Assembly (NCBI GenBank): GCA_963666275.2 | Contig: CAXXOA010000001.1 | Coordinates: 1,184,001-1,248,000, forward strand | Reading direction: 5' to 3' | DNA: 64,000 nucleotides | Origin: Oceanispirochaeta sp. | GTDB taxonomy: Bacteria; Spirochaetota; Spirochaetia; DSM-2461 | Shown here: positions 30,127 through 41,138 of the stretch, piece after piece | Layout of the letters: the number at the start of each line of letters is the position of its first letter | How positions within the stretch are numbered: position 1 is the stretch's first letter | Position numbers and translations under genes: made by a program | The notes under the pieces: generated by a model | What the model was told of the DNA's origin: nothing | Database searches by the model: none | What the model saw: the letters and a program-made list of their open reading frames with translations, nothing else

Positions 30127-31286
30127 GGAACTGCGACTTCCTTTTTCAGAGCCATACCCGGAAACGGCTTCTGCAGGCGAGTCAGGATAATGCCTGTCCC
30201 GTCCGGGAGGGTGGGTTTAAGAATCACAGAGTCTCCCTGGACAGCCGCAGTCTCAACAGGCAGGAAAACAAGTTTACCCCGGTCATAGACATTGATTGTG
30301 CCGTCCGCATTGAGCAATGCCCGGGGGATACTGTAGGCCCTGTCAAGAGTTATTCCCTGAAGTTTAACTTCCGCGTAGTTGCCGGGAAGCAGAAGAGGGT
30401 AGGCTTCAGGATTGTCAAATCTCAGATGCACATTTATGGTTTGCGTGCTACTGTCCATCACTCCATCCTGCCGTACCCTTTCGGCAGTCAGTGCGCGACC
30501 GCCCGGGAGGCCTGCAGGTTTAATGAAGGCGCCGGTTTTATTCTCATCCAGTAGCAGCATCTGGTCTCTGGTCAGGGGAACAGCCACTTCCAGATGGACC
30601 GTATCTGTCAGAGTCAGCAGGGTCTGTCCGGCTGTGACAAAGCTGCCGGACTCAACACCGTCTCCTACGATATATCCGTCAAAAGGGGCTGTAACTCTAT
30701 AATAGGAGAGCTGGGTTTCTCTGTCTCTGGCAGTATAGTAGGCCGACAGGATTCCGTAGGTACTTGTCAGGAGGAGTTCTCTTTCCGTTTTTGTTTCCGG
30801 AAGGGGAGGGATCTGATTTTCATGGCTGTTCAGTTCCCTCAGATACTCCTGCCAGCGCTGATAGACCGTATCTGAACTGTCGGTTTTCAGGGCGCTCAGA
30901 AGAGAGGCCGTCGCCTGGATCAGCTGAACCCTGGCAAGAGCAAGGCTGTTGCGGATACTCTGATCATCCAGATGCACAAGGACGTCTCCCGCTTTCACGG
31001 CAGTGCCGCTTTTCAGAGCACCCGGAGGATTTTCCACCTGACCGGCCACCCGTGAGAGGATCTGTATGGACCGGGTGGAACTGATATACCCCCGGGCTTC
31101 CACTGTGAGGGACACAGGGGCATAGCTGAGTTCGGCCACTTCTACAAGGCGGCCCTCATCCTCCTCTTCCGGTGCCTCGGGCTCTGCCGAAAAATTGATA
31201 AGATACGCTGTTATACCGGCCGCAGCGATAAGAAGGGCGGCCATGATCATCAGGTTTTTTTTATGTTTCAGGAAAAGTTTTTTCAC
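30123..31286 (-). CDS. RND efflux periplasmic adaptor (MFP)
   Basis: N-terminal TM, V.G...G..VKAGD.L, APFDG, LLPG. Confidence 0.9.
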   Translation of the reverse strand: MKKLFLKHKKNLMIMAALLIAAAGITAYLINFSAEPEAPEEEDEGRLVEVAELSYAPVSLTVEARGYISSTRSIQILSRVAGQVENPPGALKSGTAVKAGDVLVHLDDQSIRNSLALARVQLIQATASLLSALKTDSSDTVYQRWQEYLRELNSHENQIPPLPETKTERELLLTSTYGILSAYYTARDRETQLSYYRVTAPFDGYIVGDGVESGSFVTAGQTLLTLTDTVHLEVAVPLTRDQMLLLDENKTGAFIKPAGLPGGRALTAERVRQDGVMDSSTQTINVHLRFDNPEAYPLLLPGNYAEVKLQGITLDRAYSIPRALLNADGTINVYDRGKLVFLPVETAAVQGDSVILKPTLPDGTGIILTRLQKPFPGMALKKEVAVP

Positions 31287-31459
31287 TCTATTCTCCCCGT
31301 ACGGATTGGAACAAAAGGAACTGCCTTTCTTATGGTTTTCCGAGCGGTTCCTGTTGATTTAACACAGCAGATGTACAGTTTTGTTACCGAAAAGAATAGT
31401 ATACACAGTGTTTGAATAATTAACACCCTTGCTTTTAAAAGTGTCCTGCGTTGAAGCAG

Positions 31460-31492
31460 AAAAAAAGGATCCCCCTTGAGGAGGATCCTTTT
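31460..31492 (-). terminator. Terminator of cstA
   Basis: aaaaggatcc...ggatcctttt stem with A8 (U run on minus strand). Confidence 0.8.
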
Positions 31493-31513
31493 CAGTCAGG
31501 AAAACAGCCGCAA

Positions 31514-32941
31514 TCAGGCCGCTTCCGCTGCAGGGACGCTGTTTCTGGTGGAAAAGACAACAAAGATACCGAACAGAACAACCGCGATGACAATTCCTGC
31601 GGGAGTGGCAAAGGAGGCGGGGAGTTTGAATCCCTCGGGAGCCTGCAGGATATAGGTGGTTACCACAGCGCTCATGAAGGTTGCCGGGATCGTGGCGATC
31701 CAGTGAAACTTCTGTTTTCTCACAAGGTAGACTGCTGCCGTCCACAGAACGATTGTTGCCAGAGTCTGATTGGACCAGGCAAAGTAACGCCATATAATGG
31801 AGAAGTCGATAAAGTTCAGGGCAAATCCGATAGCAAACAGGGGAATGGCAATTTTAAGTCTGTTTCCGATCCCGTCCTGTTTCAGATTCATAGAGTCTGC
31901 AATGGTGAGTCTGGCGCTTCTGAAGGCCGTATCTCCCGAACTGATGGGACAGGCAATTACACCGAGAAGTGCCAGAAGGCCTCCGAAAGTACCCAGAAGG
32001 CCTACTGAGATCTCTTTGACAACCAGACCGGCTCCGCCCTGGCCGACGACACCGGCAAGACCATCCACGCCGCCGAAGAATGTGACAGACGCGGCTGCCC
32101 AGATCAGGGCTATGATTCCTTCTGCAATCATGGCACCGTAAAATACGGGACGACCCATCCTTTCATTGTCAACGCAGCGGGCCATAATGGGAGACTGGGT
32201 GGCATGAAAACCGCTGATGGCGCCGCAGGCAATGGTGATAAACAGGAAGGGAAAGAGGGAGAGTCCCTTGGGATGCAGATTGGTCAGATTGATTTCGGGG
32301 ATACTATATCCGCCTGCAAAGAGCATAACACCTACTCCCACAGCCATGATAAGAAGAACGACACCGAAAACGGGATAGAGTTTGGCAATGATTTTATCAA
32401 TAGGAAGGATGGTGGCGACAAAGTAGTAGATCAGGATAAGGCCTAGCCAGAACCATTTGTTGGCAAAAATCCCTGTTAAACCGAGGTTTGCCAGAAGTCC
32501 TGCGGGTCCTGCCATAAAAACGGTTCCCACAAGAATCAGAAGGACTACTGAGAACACTCTCATAACCTGACGCATGACGTTTCCCAGGTACATGCCGCTG
32601 ATTTCAGAAATGGATTTTCCGTCATGCCTGATAGACATCATACCGGAAAAGAAATCGTGTACCGCACCGGCAAAAATACATCCCAGAACGATCCACAGAA
32701 AGGATGCTGTTCCGAAAAGGGCTCCCATTACAGCACCGTAGATGGGGCCGAGACCGGCAATATTCAATACCTGGATCAGGAAAATTCTCCAGGGTTTGAG
32801 GGGAACAAAATCCACGCCGTCCTGGAGAGTGAGTGCAGGGGTCTGCCTCTCCGGTTCGATTCCGAAAATTGTTTCTACAATCTTACCGTAAACAAAGTAA
32901 CCGCCTATCAGCAAGGCCAGGCAGATAAGGAAACTGAACAT
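31514..32941 (-). CDS. cstA: Carbon starvation CstA-family transporter (pyruvate/peptide)
   Basis: DGVDFVP, NIAGLGPI.G, GAVHD, TIACGAISGFHATQSP, YFAWSNQTL. Confidence 0.93.
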   Translation of the reverse strand: MFSFLICLALLIGGYFVYGKIVETIFGIEPERQTPALTLQDGVDFVPLKPWRIFLIQVLNIAGLGPIYGAVMGALFGTASFLWIVLGCIFAGAVHDFFSGMMSIRHDGKSISEISGMYLGNVMRQVMRVFSVVLLILVGTVFMAGPAGLLANLGLTGIFANKWFWLGLILIYYFVATILPIDKIIAKLYPVFGVVLLIMAVGVGVMLFAGGYSIPEINLTNLHPKGLSLFPFLFITIACGAISGFHATQSPIMARCVDNERMGRPVFYGAMIAEGIIALIWAAASVTFFGGVDGLAGVVGQGGAGLVVKEISVGLLGTFGGLLALLGVIACPISSGDTAFRSARLTIADSMNLKQDGIGNRLKIAIPLFAIGFALNFIDFSIIWRYFAWSNQTLATIVLWTAAVYLVRKQKFHWIATIPATFMSAVVTTYILQAPEGFKLPASFATPAGIVIAVVLFGIFVVFSTRNSVPAAEAA

Positions 32942-33006
32942 AATGACTCCTTTGATTAAAAACTGTTGGCATCATAGACAAAAGAGGGGGCTCGGAAGGG
33001 GAAAAA

Positions 33007-33038
33007 GAGTGAATGGTAAAAAATCGGGAGTGAATGGT
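33007..33038 (-). promoter_or_regulatory. LytTR binding direct repeat upstream of cstA
   Basis: Exact 11-bp repeat ACCATTCACTC (33007-33017, 33028-33038), 21-bp period. Confidence 0.75.
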
Positions 33039-33074
33039 TCAGAAGGATGAGATCTTACGGAATCTCCGGAGCTG

Positions 33075-33845
33075 TCAGTCCATATTGAGGATGTTTTTAA
33101 GTTCTCCCGCATGGGAGCGGCTCACGGGAATGAGCTCTTCCACCCCTTTCAGTTTGATCCTCAGTGAGCTGTTGAACCACTGCTCCACCGATTCGAGATA
33201 GTTCAGATTCACAGTAAAACTCCTGTGGCATTTGAAGAGGGAAGGGTCCTGTACCAGACTCTCCAGTTCTCCCAGGCATTTGCGATAGGTGTAGCAGTGT
33301 TTTTCGGTATAGATAAGAGCCTGTTTGTCATCGGCGGCCAGCATCACTATGTCATCGAAATCCAGGGGAATGAAGTGGCCGTCCCTGTACACGGTTATTT
33401 TCCGGAACCGGTTTTTCTGTTCCCTGTCCGAGCTTTTCAAAAGTGATTGAATAGCCTGTTCCAGAGCGCCCGGAGAGTTCCTGTCCATCAGCTTGTTTCT
33501 GACCCGGCTCATGGCCCGCTGCAGTCTTTCGGTCTCTACAGGTTTCAGCAGATAGTCCAGGGCATTGACATCGAAGGCTTCCAGGGCGAACTGATCATAG
33601 GCGGTAATGAAAATAATCTGGGGAAAGATGGGCATTCCCATCAGCTGTCTGGCCATCTCCAGTCCTGTCATCCCGGGCATCTGTATATCCAGAAGGATCA
33701 GATCCACAGAGGTCTTTTCCAGAACCTCCAGGGCTTTCATTCCGTTTTCCGCTTTCAGAATGTGATCCACATCCCTCTCCTGTTCCAGAAGAAAGGCCAG
33801 TTCGTCCCTGGCGGGTTTTTCATCGTCCACTATCAGAACAGTCAC
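33075..33845 (-). CDS. LytTR-family response regulator (BtsR/YpdB/LytT-like)
   Basis: VDDE..AR, LDIQMPG, TAYDQFALEAF, DYLLKP, HRSF.VN, PVSR; GTG start. Confidence 0.93.
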   Translation of the reverse strand: MTVLIVDDEKPARDELAFLLEQERDVDHILKAENGMKALEVLEKTSVDLILLDIQMPGMTGLEMARQLMGMPIFPQIIFITAYDQFALEAFDVNALDYLLKPVETERLQRAMSRVRNKLMDRNSPGALEQAIQSLLKSSDREQKNRFRKITVYRDGHFIPLDFDDIVMLAADDKQALIYTEKHCYTYRKCLGELESLVQDPSLFKCHRSFTVNLNYLESVEQWFNSSLRIKLKGVEELIPVSRSHAGELKNILNMD

Positions 33846-35554
33846 GGTTTTTCCTCCCCCGAAGGAATGAAGATCCTGGCGGTGGTTCCCATACTGTCTC
33901 CGCATTCCAGCTGCAGATCCGCCGAAGGCCCGTAGGTGTTCAGGAGGCGCTGACGGATATTGATTAAACCGATGGAATCGCAGTGTTCGTTTTCAGGCTC
34001 TTCACAGTCAGTCCTGGTTCCCGTTTCCAGACCCATGCCGTTGTCCCTGACAAGCAGGATTGTCCCGTTCTCCACGCTGTAGGCTCTGACAGTGACGATC
34101 CCTCCTTCGGGCTTGGGCTGAATCCCATGGATAACCGCATTTTCCACAAGGGGCTGCAGAAGCAGAGGGGGGATGGATATATTCAGATCATCCTGAATAT
34201 CGAACTCTACCTGCAGCCGTTCGTCAAACCGGGCTTTTTCTATCTCCAGATAGGCTTTGATGTGGTTGATCTCCATTTTCAGAGGGATGGAGACCGCTCC
34301 GGACTGAAGATTGTTCCTGTAGAATGTTCCCAGATGGAGCAGCAGTTCCCGGCCTTTTTCCGGTTCCGTCCGGATCAGAGAAACAATGGTATTGATGGCA
34401 TTGAAAAGGAAATGGGGGTTGATCTGAGCCTGCAGGGCCCGCAGTTCCGCCTTACGGAGCAGGTCCTTCTGTTCATCCAGACGGCTCAGTTCCAGCTGGG
34501 AGGAGAAGAGCACCGCCAGCCCCCTGGCCGTTTCTATATCCGCCTGATTGATCGTATCCCGGGCGCCCTTGTAGAGCTTGAGTGATCCTATGCACTCGGT
34601 TCCTCTCATCAGGGGGGCTATTACCGCAGATTTCAGGGAGCAGTCGGGATGGCTGCAGCCTATCTCCTCCCTGTTATGGGCCACCTGAAGTTCGCCGGTC
34701 TGCATCACTTCTTTTGTAATGCGGGTTAAAAGAGAGCTGCCGGCTTTATGATGGTCATCGGCTTTCCCCACATGGACCAGGATCTTGTCCCTGTCCGTAA
34801 CGGCCACAGCTTCCAGAGACATCTCCTTGTAGATGATCCTGGCCGTCTGCCGGGCCGTTACTTCGGTCAGGCCTTTCCGGAGCAGCGAAAGGGTCTGGTC
34901 GGCAATCCTCAGAACCTGCTGGGACTGCCGGGCTGCCCGCCGTTCGGCCTCGCTGAAGAGATTTTCAAAAGCCAGGATGATCAGGGCGCAGCCGATGCTG
35001 TTGGCTGTGATCATGGGAATGCTTATGATTTCCACAAGGAGCAGAGCATCCCCAAAGGGTTTGGCCGTAGCCAGGATGATGATCATCTGGATCATTTCGG
35101 CCAGAGCCGCTGTGACCAGTGCAAAGAGAGGCTTCCTTTCGCTGTTATAGAACCGGCGGCTCAGGAATCCCGCCATGGCCCCCTCCACAATGGTGGAGAT
35201 CATACAGGACACGGCCGTAAAGCCGCCGATATCAAATCCCCAGCGGTGGACTCCCGCAATAGTCCCGGCCAGAATACCCACAACAGGTCCTCCCAGGAGG
35301 CCTCCCACAAAAACAGGAACCATCCGGGCATTGGCCAGAGCTCCCTGAATGGGAACTCCCGTATAGGTGCCGATGATTCCCAGGCCGCCCAGTACGAGCA
35401 CAGGGAATATATAGTCCCTGAACCGCCTTTCGCTGCTCTTAATAATTCTTGTGAATATATTCAGCCTGGAAAGGAGCAGGGATATGATAATGATCAGTCC
35501 CGCCTGCTGAACCAGGGCTATGATTATCTGGATTATGATTTTATCGCTTAACAT
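33842..35554 (-). CDS. LytS/BtsS-family sensor kinase (5TM-LYT, GAF)
   Basis: ANAR..GGLLGGP, AVTDRDKIL, LQAQINPHFLFNA.NTI, QPLVENA..HG. Confidence 0.93.
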   Translation of the reverse strand: MLSDKIIIQIIIALVQQAGLIIIISLLLSRLNIFTRIIKSSERRFRDYIFPVLVLGGLGIIGTYTGVPIQGALANARMVPVFVGGLLGGPVVGILAGTIAGVHRWGFDIGGFTAVSCMISTIVEGAMAGFLSRRFYNSERKPLFALVTAALAEMIQMIIILATAKPFGDALLLVEIISIPMITANSIGCALIILAFENLFSEAERRAARQSQQVLRIADQTLSLLRKGLTEVTARQTARIIYKEMSLEAVAVTDRDKILVHVGKADDHHKAGSSLLTRITKEVMQTGELQVAHNREEIGCSHPDCSLKSAVIAPLMRGTECIGSLKLYKGARDTINQADIETARGLAVLFSSQLELSRLDEQKDLLRKAELRALQAQINPHFLFNAINTIVSLIRTEPEKGRELLLHLGTFYRNNLQSGAVSIPLKMEINHIKAYLEIEKARFDERLQVEFDIQDDLNISIPPLLLQPLVENAVIHGIQPKPEGGIVTVRAYSVENGTILLVRDNGMGLETGTRTDCEEPENEHCDSIGLINIRQRLLNTYGPSADLQLECGDSMGTTARIFIPSGEEKP

Positions 35555-35682
35555 ATGACCCGGAATTATAAACCCTCCCCGGGGATAGATAAACCGTTTT
35601 CTCGTGTTTACAGGGAAATTCCCCGGGAAAGCTTTTGCACAATCTCATTTTCAGGATTATTCCCGGGGAGGGCTCTTCTGAA

Positions 35683-37029
35683 TCAGAAGTCCGGATTGAT
35701 CTCAATGGTTTTGCCTTCCAGGATGGCATTCATATTTTTTACTGCGCACATCTCTCCGCACATACTGCATGTATTCTCTTCGGCGGGAGGGGCTTCGCTG
35801 CGGTACTGACGGGCTTTTTCCGGGTCCATGGCCAGGCGGAACATCCTGTCCCAGTCCAGCTGTTTCCGGGCATAGCTCATCTGACGCTCCCTCTCCTCAA
35901 AGCGGGAGGGATTCTTCACAAGGTCTGCCGCCCGGGCGGCGATCCGGCTTGCCATAATGCCCTCCTTCACATCCTTCAGATCGGGCAGGCGCAGATGCTC
36001 CGCCGGTGTGAGATAGCAGAGAAAGTCCGCCCCCGCCCGGGCCGCCATGGCTCCGCCGATGGCACCGGTAATATGGTCATACCCGGGAGTTATGTCTGTT
36101 ACAAGTGGGCCCAGCACATAGAAGGGGGCCTTGTGGCAGAGCTTCTTTGCCAGGATTACATTGGCCTCGATCTCATCCATTTTCATATGCCCCGGGCCTT
36201 CCACCATGACCTGGACTCCCGCTTCCCGGGCTCTGACAACCAGTTCGCCCAGGGTGATCAGCTCTTCAATCTGACTGGCATCGGTGGCGTCTTCTCCGCA
36301 GCCGGGGCGGCAGCTGTCTCCCAGACTCAGGGTCACATCGTACTCCCTGCATATTTCAAGGAGTTCATCGTAGTATTCATAAAAGGGGTTTTCTCTTCCT
36401 GTCATTTCCATCCAGGCGAAGAGCAGGGAACCTCCCCGGGAGACAATCCCTGTCAGCCGGGGGTTCCTTTTGACCCGTTCGGCGGTCTGTCTGTTGATCC
36501 CCGCATGGATCGTCATAAAGTCCACTCCGTCTTCCGCATGATCCCGGACCACTTCCATGAAATCCTCCCGGGTCAGCTCTTTCAGACCTTTTTTCCTGTT
36601 TCCCACGGCATCGTACATGGGGACCGTACCCACCATCAGAGGAGTTTCTTCCAGGAGAGCCTGTCTGAACTCTCTGGTCTCGCCATAGCAGCTCAGATCC
36701 ATAATGGAATCCGCACTGAACTTCAGAGCCGCCCGGGCTTTATTCAATTCCAGCTCCCTGTCGGCGCAGTCTTTCGAGATCCCCAGATTCACATTCACTT
36801 TGGTACTCATCCCTGTCCCCACGGCCCGGGGCGTCAGGGCTTTGTGGTTTTTATTGGCGGGAATGACAATGGTCCCCTCTGCCAGACCCCGGCGGATCCT
36901 TTCGGGATCGCACTGTTCCTGCTCCGCCGCCTTTTTCATGGCGTCTGTGATGATATTCAAACGGGCGGCTTCGATCTGGGTTGTCCAGCCGAGGGTGGTC
37001 TTATCTATTTCTTTCTCTGTCAATATCAT
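35683..37029 (-). CDS. thiC: Phosphomethylpyrimidine synthase
   Basis: [43 protein letters not shown]. Confidence 0.97.
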   Translation of the reverse strand: MILTEKEIDKTTLGWTTQIEAARLNIITDAMKKAAEQEQCDPERIRRGLAEGTIVIPANKNHKALTPRAVGTGMSTKVNVNLGISKDCADRELELNKARAALKFSADSIMDLSCYGETREFRQALLEETPLMVGTVPMYDAVGNRKKGLKELTREDFMEVVRDHAEDGVDFMTIHAGINRQTAERVKRNPRLTGIVSRGGSLLFAWMEMTGRENPFYEYYDELLEICREYDVTLSLGDSCRPGCGEDATDASQIEELITLGELVVRAREAGVQVMVEGPGHMKMDEIEANVILAKKLCHKAPFYVLGPLVTDITPGYDHITGAIGGAMAARAGADFLCYLTPAEHLRLPDLKDVKEGIMASRIAARAADLVKNPSRFEERERQMSYARKQLDWDRMFRLAMDPEKARQYRSEAPPAEENTCSMCGEMCAVKNMNAILEGKTIEINPDF

Positions 37030-38140
37030 ATTTTTTTCCTTTTTCAATCAGATTTCTAATGGTCCGCACTTCATAGGAGGGGTCTTCTGCCCCTGTAATT
37101 TCCGTTACCAGGGCTGTGCAGCGGGCACCCCGGTTCAAAACATCCTGAAGGTTGTGCTTTTTTATCCCTCCGATGGCCACAAAGGGAAGGGTGCTGCGGG
37201 AGACAGCCTGTTCCAGATATTCAAACCCCACTGGGGCACAGACATTTTTTTTGGTACGGGTGGCAAAAATCGGTCCCACACCCAGGTAGTCCACAGGCAG
37301 CTCATGGGCCCTCTGCAGCTGTCCGGGAGAGTGGGTGGAAAGGCCGATCACCATGGACTCTCCCAGCAGTCTTCTCAGGAGCAGGGGATCGTAATCATCC
37401 TGGCCCACATGAAGGCCGTCGGCTTCCACCATAAGGGCCAGTTCGGCATAGTCGTTGATGTAGAACAGGCAGCCGTAGTCCCGTGTCATCTTGCGGATCT
37501 CCAGAGCTTCCGCATAGCGCTGCCGCCCTTCCAGCTCTTTTTCCCTGTACTGGAGGATCTTTGCCCCCCCCTCCAGCATCATCCGGGCGGTCGCTATATT
37601 TCCCCTACCGCAGCTCACTTCCCGGTGGGTCAGGCAGTAAAGCCCGTCGGGCAGAGGATCCGCCCTGGAGGAGGTCCCGAGTTTTCCCAGGATCTCTTTT
37701 TCAAGCTGATAGATCTCCCTCCTCAGGGATTCAAATACCCTGAAATCCAGTTCAGAAAGAGGAGAGGCTGGATCGCAGCTCATCTGCTGCAGGGTTTTTC
37801 CCGTCTCGAAGAGGGTGCGGCAGGCCTCTTCGCTGCGCCTGAAGTTGGCCGCCATAAGGTGCAGGGGAGACTTCCGGACCTCCCAGTCTGCGGATTTTGA
37901 ATCGTCCCATCCCGCATCCCCTGCGGAATCCCGGGACCGGAGCAGCTGGGGTGTCAGAGGCTGGAGAACACTGCGGCTTCTGTGGCGGAGGCTTTTCAGC
38001 TTCCCTGCCTGTCTGTCCAGGCTCAGGGAAAAACGGCACTGGTCCTCCAGAACCCGGAGCCCTTCGCTCAGTCTGTTTCCCGAGGCATCCAGGCTGCGGT
38101 AAAGTCCTGTAAGAGTAAAAAGTGTTTCAGTACCAGTCAT
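37001..38140 (-). CDS. thiE: Thiamine-phosphate synthase with N-terminal ThiD2 domain
   Basis: N-term [15 protein letters not shown] / ANFRR.EEA.R; C-term QYREK, IND, HVGQDD, GLSTH, T.TK, VAIGGI. Confidence 0.92.
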   Translation of the reverse strand: MTGTETLFTLTGLYRSLDASGNRLSEGLRVLEDQCRFSLSLDRQAGKLKSLRHRSRSVLQPLTPQLLRSRDSAGDAGWDDSKSADWEVRKSPLHLMAANFRRSEEACRTLFETGKTLQQMSCDPASPLSELDFRVFESLRREIYQLEKEILGKLGTSSRADPLPDGLYCLTHREVSCGRGNIATARMMLEGGAKILQYREKELEGRQRYAEALEIRKMTRDYGCLFYINDYAELALMVEADGLHVGQDDYDPLLLRRLLGESMVIGLSTHSPGQLQRAHELPVDYLGVGPIFATRTKKNVCAPVGFEYLEQAVSRSTLPFVAIGGIKKHNLQDVLNRGARCTALVTEITGAEDPSYEVRTIRNLIEKGKKYDIDRERNR

Positions 38141-38795
38141 ACCCGGACTCCTTTACAGCCTGTTTTATAAGAGCGTGAACCTGTGCGGCCGCAGCAGTGA
38201 CAACACCGGGCATCAGCGGCGGATTCTCCGGGCTGATTTCATGGGTTCCGTCACCGGCCATGACAATAAGTGCAGAATCCTCCCCGGAGCCCCGGTTTAC
38301 CTGTAGCGTGCGGGTGCTGATCCGGCTGATATCCTTCCAGCTGCCCAACCCGCTGGCGGCGGCGATCCATCTGTTATGGGGGGAGCAGAAGTTCAGAATG
38401 GCTGCCTTTACATCCGCTTTATCCACAGCTTCCAGAAGGTATCGACAGTTTTGAAACAGAGCCGGTTCCGCTTCCGGGTTGTAATAGGTATTTCTTGTCT
38501 GAATATTCAGGCCCGGGGAGAGTTCCAGAAGGAGCTCTTTCAGCGCTTCCGCTTTTGGTCTTCCCACATGGCGGGGAAAATACATCTGCCTGTTCAGATT
38601 GGAGGGCTCCACAATGTCTCCGTCTATAAGGTCAAAGTTTCTGAAACCGCTGCGTGCAAGCATAAAGGCGCAGTTGGAACCCAGGCCTCCGCAGCCTATG
38701 ATGCCGACCCGGACCTTTCCGAAATAATCCAGTAAAGGAAGGGGGATGTAGGATTTCAATCCTTCTGCCAGGGAATCGGTTTGAACAGGGATCAT
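38127..38795 (-). CDS. thiF: ThiS adenylyltransferase
   Basis: G.GGLGS, D.D.VEPSNLNRQ, G..KA; thi operon context. Confidence 0.9.
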   Translation of the reverse strand: MIPVQTDSLAEGLKSYIPLPLLDYFGKVRVGIIGCGGLGSNCAFMLARSGFRNFDLIDGDIVEPSNLNRQMYFPRHVGRPKAEALKELLLELSPGLNIQTRNTYYNPEAEPALFQNCRYLLEAVDKADVKAAILNFCSPHNRWIAAASGLGSWKDISRISTRTLQVNRGSGEDSALIVMAGDGTHEISPENPPLMPGVVTAAAAQVHALIKQAVKESGYDWY

Positions 38796-39919
38796 ACACA
38801 CACCTCCCGGGAAGAGGATTCTGAAGATACCGGGCTTCGCCAGTCCCTGTAGACAGGCTGGTAGCCGATCTCCCTGAGCATAGCCGCAGTGGCTTCAATG
38901 CTGCTCTCATCGTTAACGGCAAACTGACCTGCGCCGCTATTCAGGGTGTACCCTCCCACCGCTGTGGAGGATCCGGCAGAGAGTCTTGTGACTCCCAGGG
39001 GGATCAGCCGGCGGCGTAAGGCAGAGGATTCCCGGGTGGAGAGACTCAATCCTCCCCGGGGCATAAAGAGCCGCCAGGAGAGCATGGCCTGAACCAGATC
39101 CCGTTCCTCCACAGGGTAGGGAACCCTGTATCCGGAAGCCGGTCTGATCCGGGGAAAAGACATGGCCACATCGGTTCCGGGATACCGGGACGCCAGCCAA
39201 CGGGCATGACAGGCGGCGGTAAAAAAATCTTTCCGCCAGGGGGCAAGGCCCAGGAGGACTCCCTGATTGATACTGCGGTACCCGGCCTGACAGGCTGCTT
39301 CGGGGGCAGACACCCGGTGCTCATAAATGCTTTTGGGCCCCGAAGGATGGTAAACTTTGTAAAGTTCCCTGTGGTAGGTTTCCTGATAGATTGTCATCTC
39401 TTCCGCCCCGGCCCGGCCCAGCATTTCATACCCCTGTCTGTCCAGCGAGTAGATTTCCAGTCCTGTACAGGCAGAATACTCCCGCAGGATTTCAAGCTTT
39501 TCGGCAATCCATTCAGGGGGGGAGTGCTTCTGGCTGCATCCTGTTAAAACAAGGATGTGCCGAATGCCTTTACTTACAAGATATTCAGCTTCCCTTCTGA
39601 GGCCGTCATTATCCAGGCGGGACCGTTTCATTGTATTCCCGCTGCTGAAAGAACAGTAGGTACAGGGGCTGCTGCAGTAATCGGACAGGTAGATCGGGGC
39701 ATAGAGAAGCACAGCTTTTCCGAAATTCTTCCGGGACAGAGCCGCGCTTTTCCGGGCCATGAGCTCCAGATAGGGCAGGGCCTGCTCCGACAGCAATGCA
39801 GCCAGATCCCGGATTGTCAGTTTTTCCCGGTTCAGAGCCACTTTTACTTCCGCCTCTGTCACAGGAGTCTCAATCAGGGCCTGACACTCTTCCAGGTATT
39901 CCAGTAATTCCTGATTCAT
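38792..39919 (-). CDS. thiH: 2-iminoacetate synthase (radical SAM)
   Basis: YAPIYLS..CSSPCTYC, YQETY, PRIRP, STRE, SAGSST.VGGY, QF. Confidence 0.93.
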   Translation of the reverse strand: MNQELLEYLEECQALIETPVTEAEVKVALNREKLTIRDLAALLSEQALPYLELMARKSAALSRKNFGKAVLLYAPIYLSDYCSSPCTYCSFSSGNTMKRSRLDNDGLRREAEYLVSKGIRHILVLTGCSQKHSPPEWIAEKLEILREYSACTGLEIYSLDRQGYEMLGRAGAEEMTIYQETYHRELYKVYHPSGPKSIYEHRVSAPEAACQAGYRSINQGVLLGLAPWRKDFFTAACHARWLASRYPGTDVAMSFPRIRPASGYRVPYPVEERDLVQAMLSWRLFMPRGGLSLSTRESSALRRRLIPLGVTRLSAGSSTAVGGYTLNSGAGQFAVNDESSIEATAAMLREIGYQPVYRDWRSPVSSESSSREVCV

Positions 39920-39921
39920 AT

Positions 39922-40725
39922 TCACCCCCTGTTGTAGAGAAAGCCCGTCAGAGGGGAGGATGCCGAGGCCGGAGAGGGCGTCAGACCTTCTCCTACCGGA
40001 CATTGGTAACCCGACAGATAGGCTTTCCGGCCTGATTCTATGGCGGCGGCGAATGCTTCGGCCATCACGACAGGATCCTCGGCCAGAGCGATAGCCGAGT
40101 TGATCATACAGGCGTCGGCTCCCAGCTCCATGGCCCGGCAGGCTTCCGAGGGACGGCCGATCCCCGCATCCACGATGATGGGAAGATCGATCTCTTCAAT
40201 GAGGATGCGGATCATCTCTTCGGTTTTCAGGCCTTTATAGCTTCCGATGGGGGCTCCCAGAGGCATCACCGCCGCGGCGCCGGCATCCCGCAGAGCCCTG
40301 GCTACATAGAGATCGGGATTCATGTAGGGAAAAACTTCAAAGCCCTTTCCGGCAAGAATCTCCGTGGCTTTTACGGTTTCATACCCGTCGGGAAGGAGGT
40401 AGGTATTATCGCTGATCACTTCCACTTTCACCCAGTTCCCGCAACCAGCAGCCCGGGCCAGTTCGGCCAGACGGACTGCCTCTTCCGCTGTTCGGGCTCC
40501 TGATGTGTTGGGCATGAGAATCATCTCCCGAGGGATGTGGTCGGTGATATTTTCCTCCGGCCGGCCCCAGTCCATGCGCCGGAGGGCTACTGTAATCACC
40601 TGGGCTCCCGAGGCTCTGATAATGTCGGGGATGAGAGAGTCCCTGCTGTGTTTTCCTGTTCCTGTGATGAGCCGGCTTGTCAGAACCCGGCCTCCGATTT
40701 CAAGAGGATCGGTACTGCTTTTCAT
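39922..40725 (-). CDS. thiG: Thiazole synthase
   Basis: [39 protein letters not shown]. Confidence 0.96.
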   Translation of the reverse strand: MKSSTDPLEIGGRVLTSRLITGTGKHSRDSLIPDIIRASGAQVITVALRRMDWGRPEENITDHIPREMILMPNTSGARTAEEAVRLAELARAAGCGNWVKVEVISDNTYLLPDGYETVKATEILAGKGFEVFPYMNPDLYVARALRDAGAAAVMPLGAPIGSYKGLKTEEMIRILIEEIDLPIIVDAGIGRPSEACRAMELGADACMINSAIALAEDPVVMAEAFAAAIESGRKAYLSGYQCPVGEGLTPSPASASSPLTGFLYNRG

Positions 40726-40726
40726 A

Positions 40727-40927
40727 TCAGCCGCCTCCTACAAGACGGATCACTTCAATCGTGTCGCCTGAGCGGACCTGCACCCGGGCCCATTCGTCTC
40801 TGGGAACAATCAGTCCGTTCTGTTCTATGACCAGCCGGTCTGTAGCGGTTTCTTTGCGGTTTAAAAGATCTGTCAGGGACTCATGTCCCGGACAAACCTC
40901 TTCTGTGCCGTTCAGAATAATCTTCAT
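40727..40927 (-). CDS. thiS: Sulfur carrier protein
   Basis: 66 aa, NG...GD.IEV...VGGG C-terminus. Confidence 0.95.
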   Translation of the reverse strand: MKIILNGTEEVCPGHESLTDLLNRKETATDRLVIEQNGLIVPRDEWARVQVRSGDTIEVIRLVGGG

Positions 40928-40948
40928 AAGATTAACTCCTTTGGGCAC

Positions 40949-40977
40949 AAAAAAAGCTTACCCGGGAGGCAAGCTTC
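40949..40977 (-). terminator. Riboswitch-controlled terminator before thiS
   Basis: Minus strand aagcttgcc-tccc-gggtaagctt followed by T run. Confidence 0.8.
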
Positions 40978-41052
40978 TCTTCATGGTATGGAAAAACCGG
41001 TTTCCGGCGGAGAGAAGAGTTCTCCGCTGTAAACGTCCTGTTTTTCATCCAA

Positions 41053-41138
41053 AGCTTTCCTCCGACCGTACTAACGGTATCAGGTTCCAAGGGTCGGGTT
41101 TTACCCCTCTCAGTCCATCAGTTGGACTCCCCCAGCTT
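41053..41138 (-). ncRNA. TPP riboswitch (THI element)
   Basis: Minus strand GGGGAG...CTGAGAGG...GACCCTTGGAACCTGAT...TAGTAC...CGGAGGAA upstream of thi operon. Confidence 0.92.
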
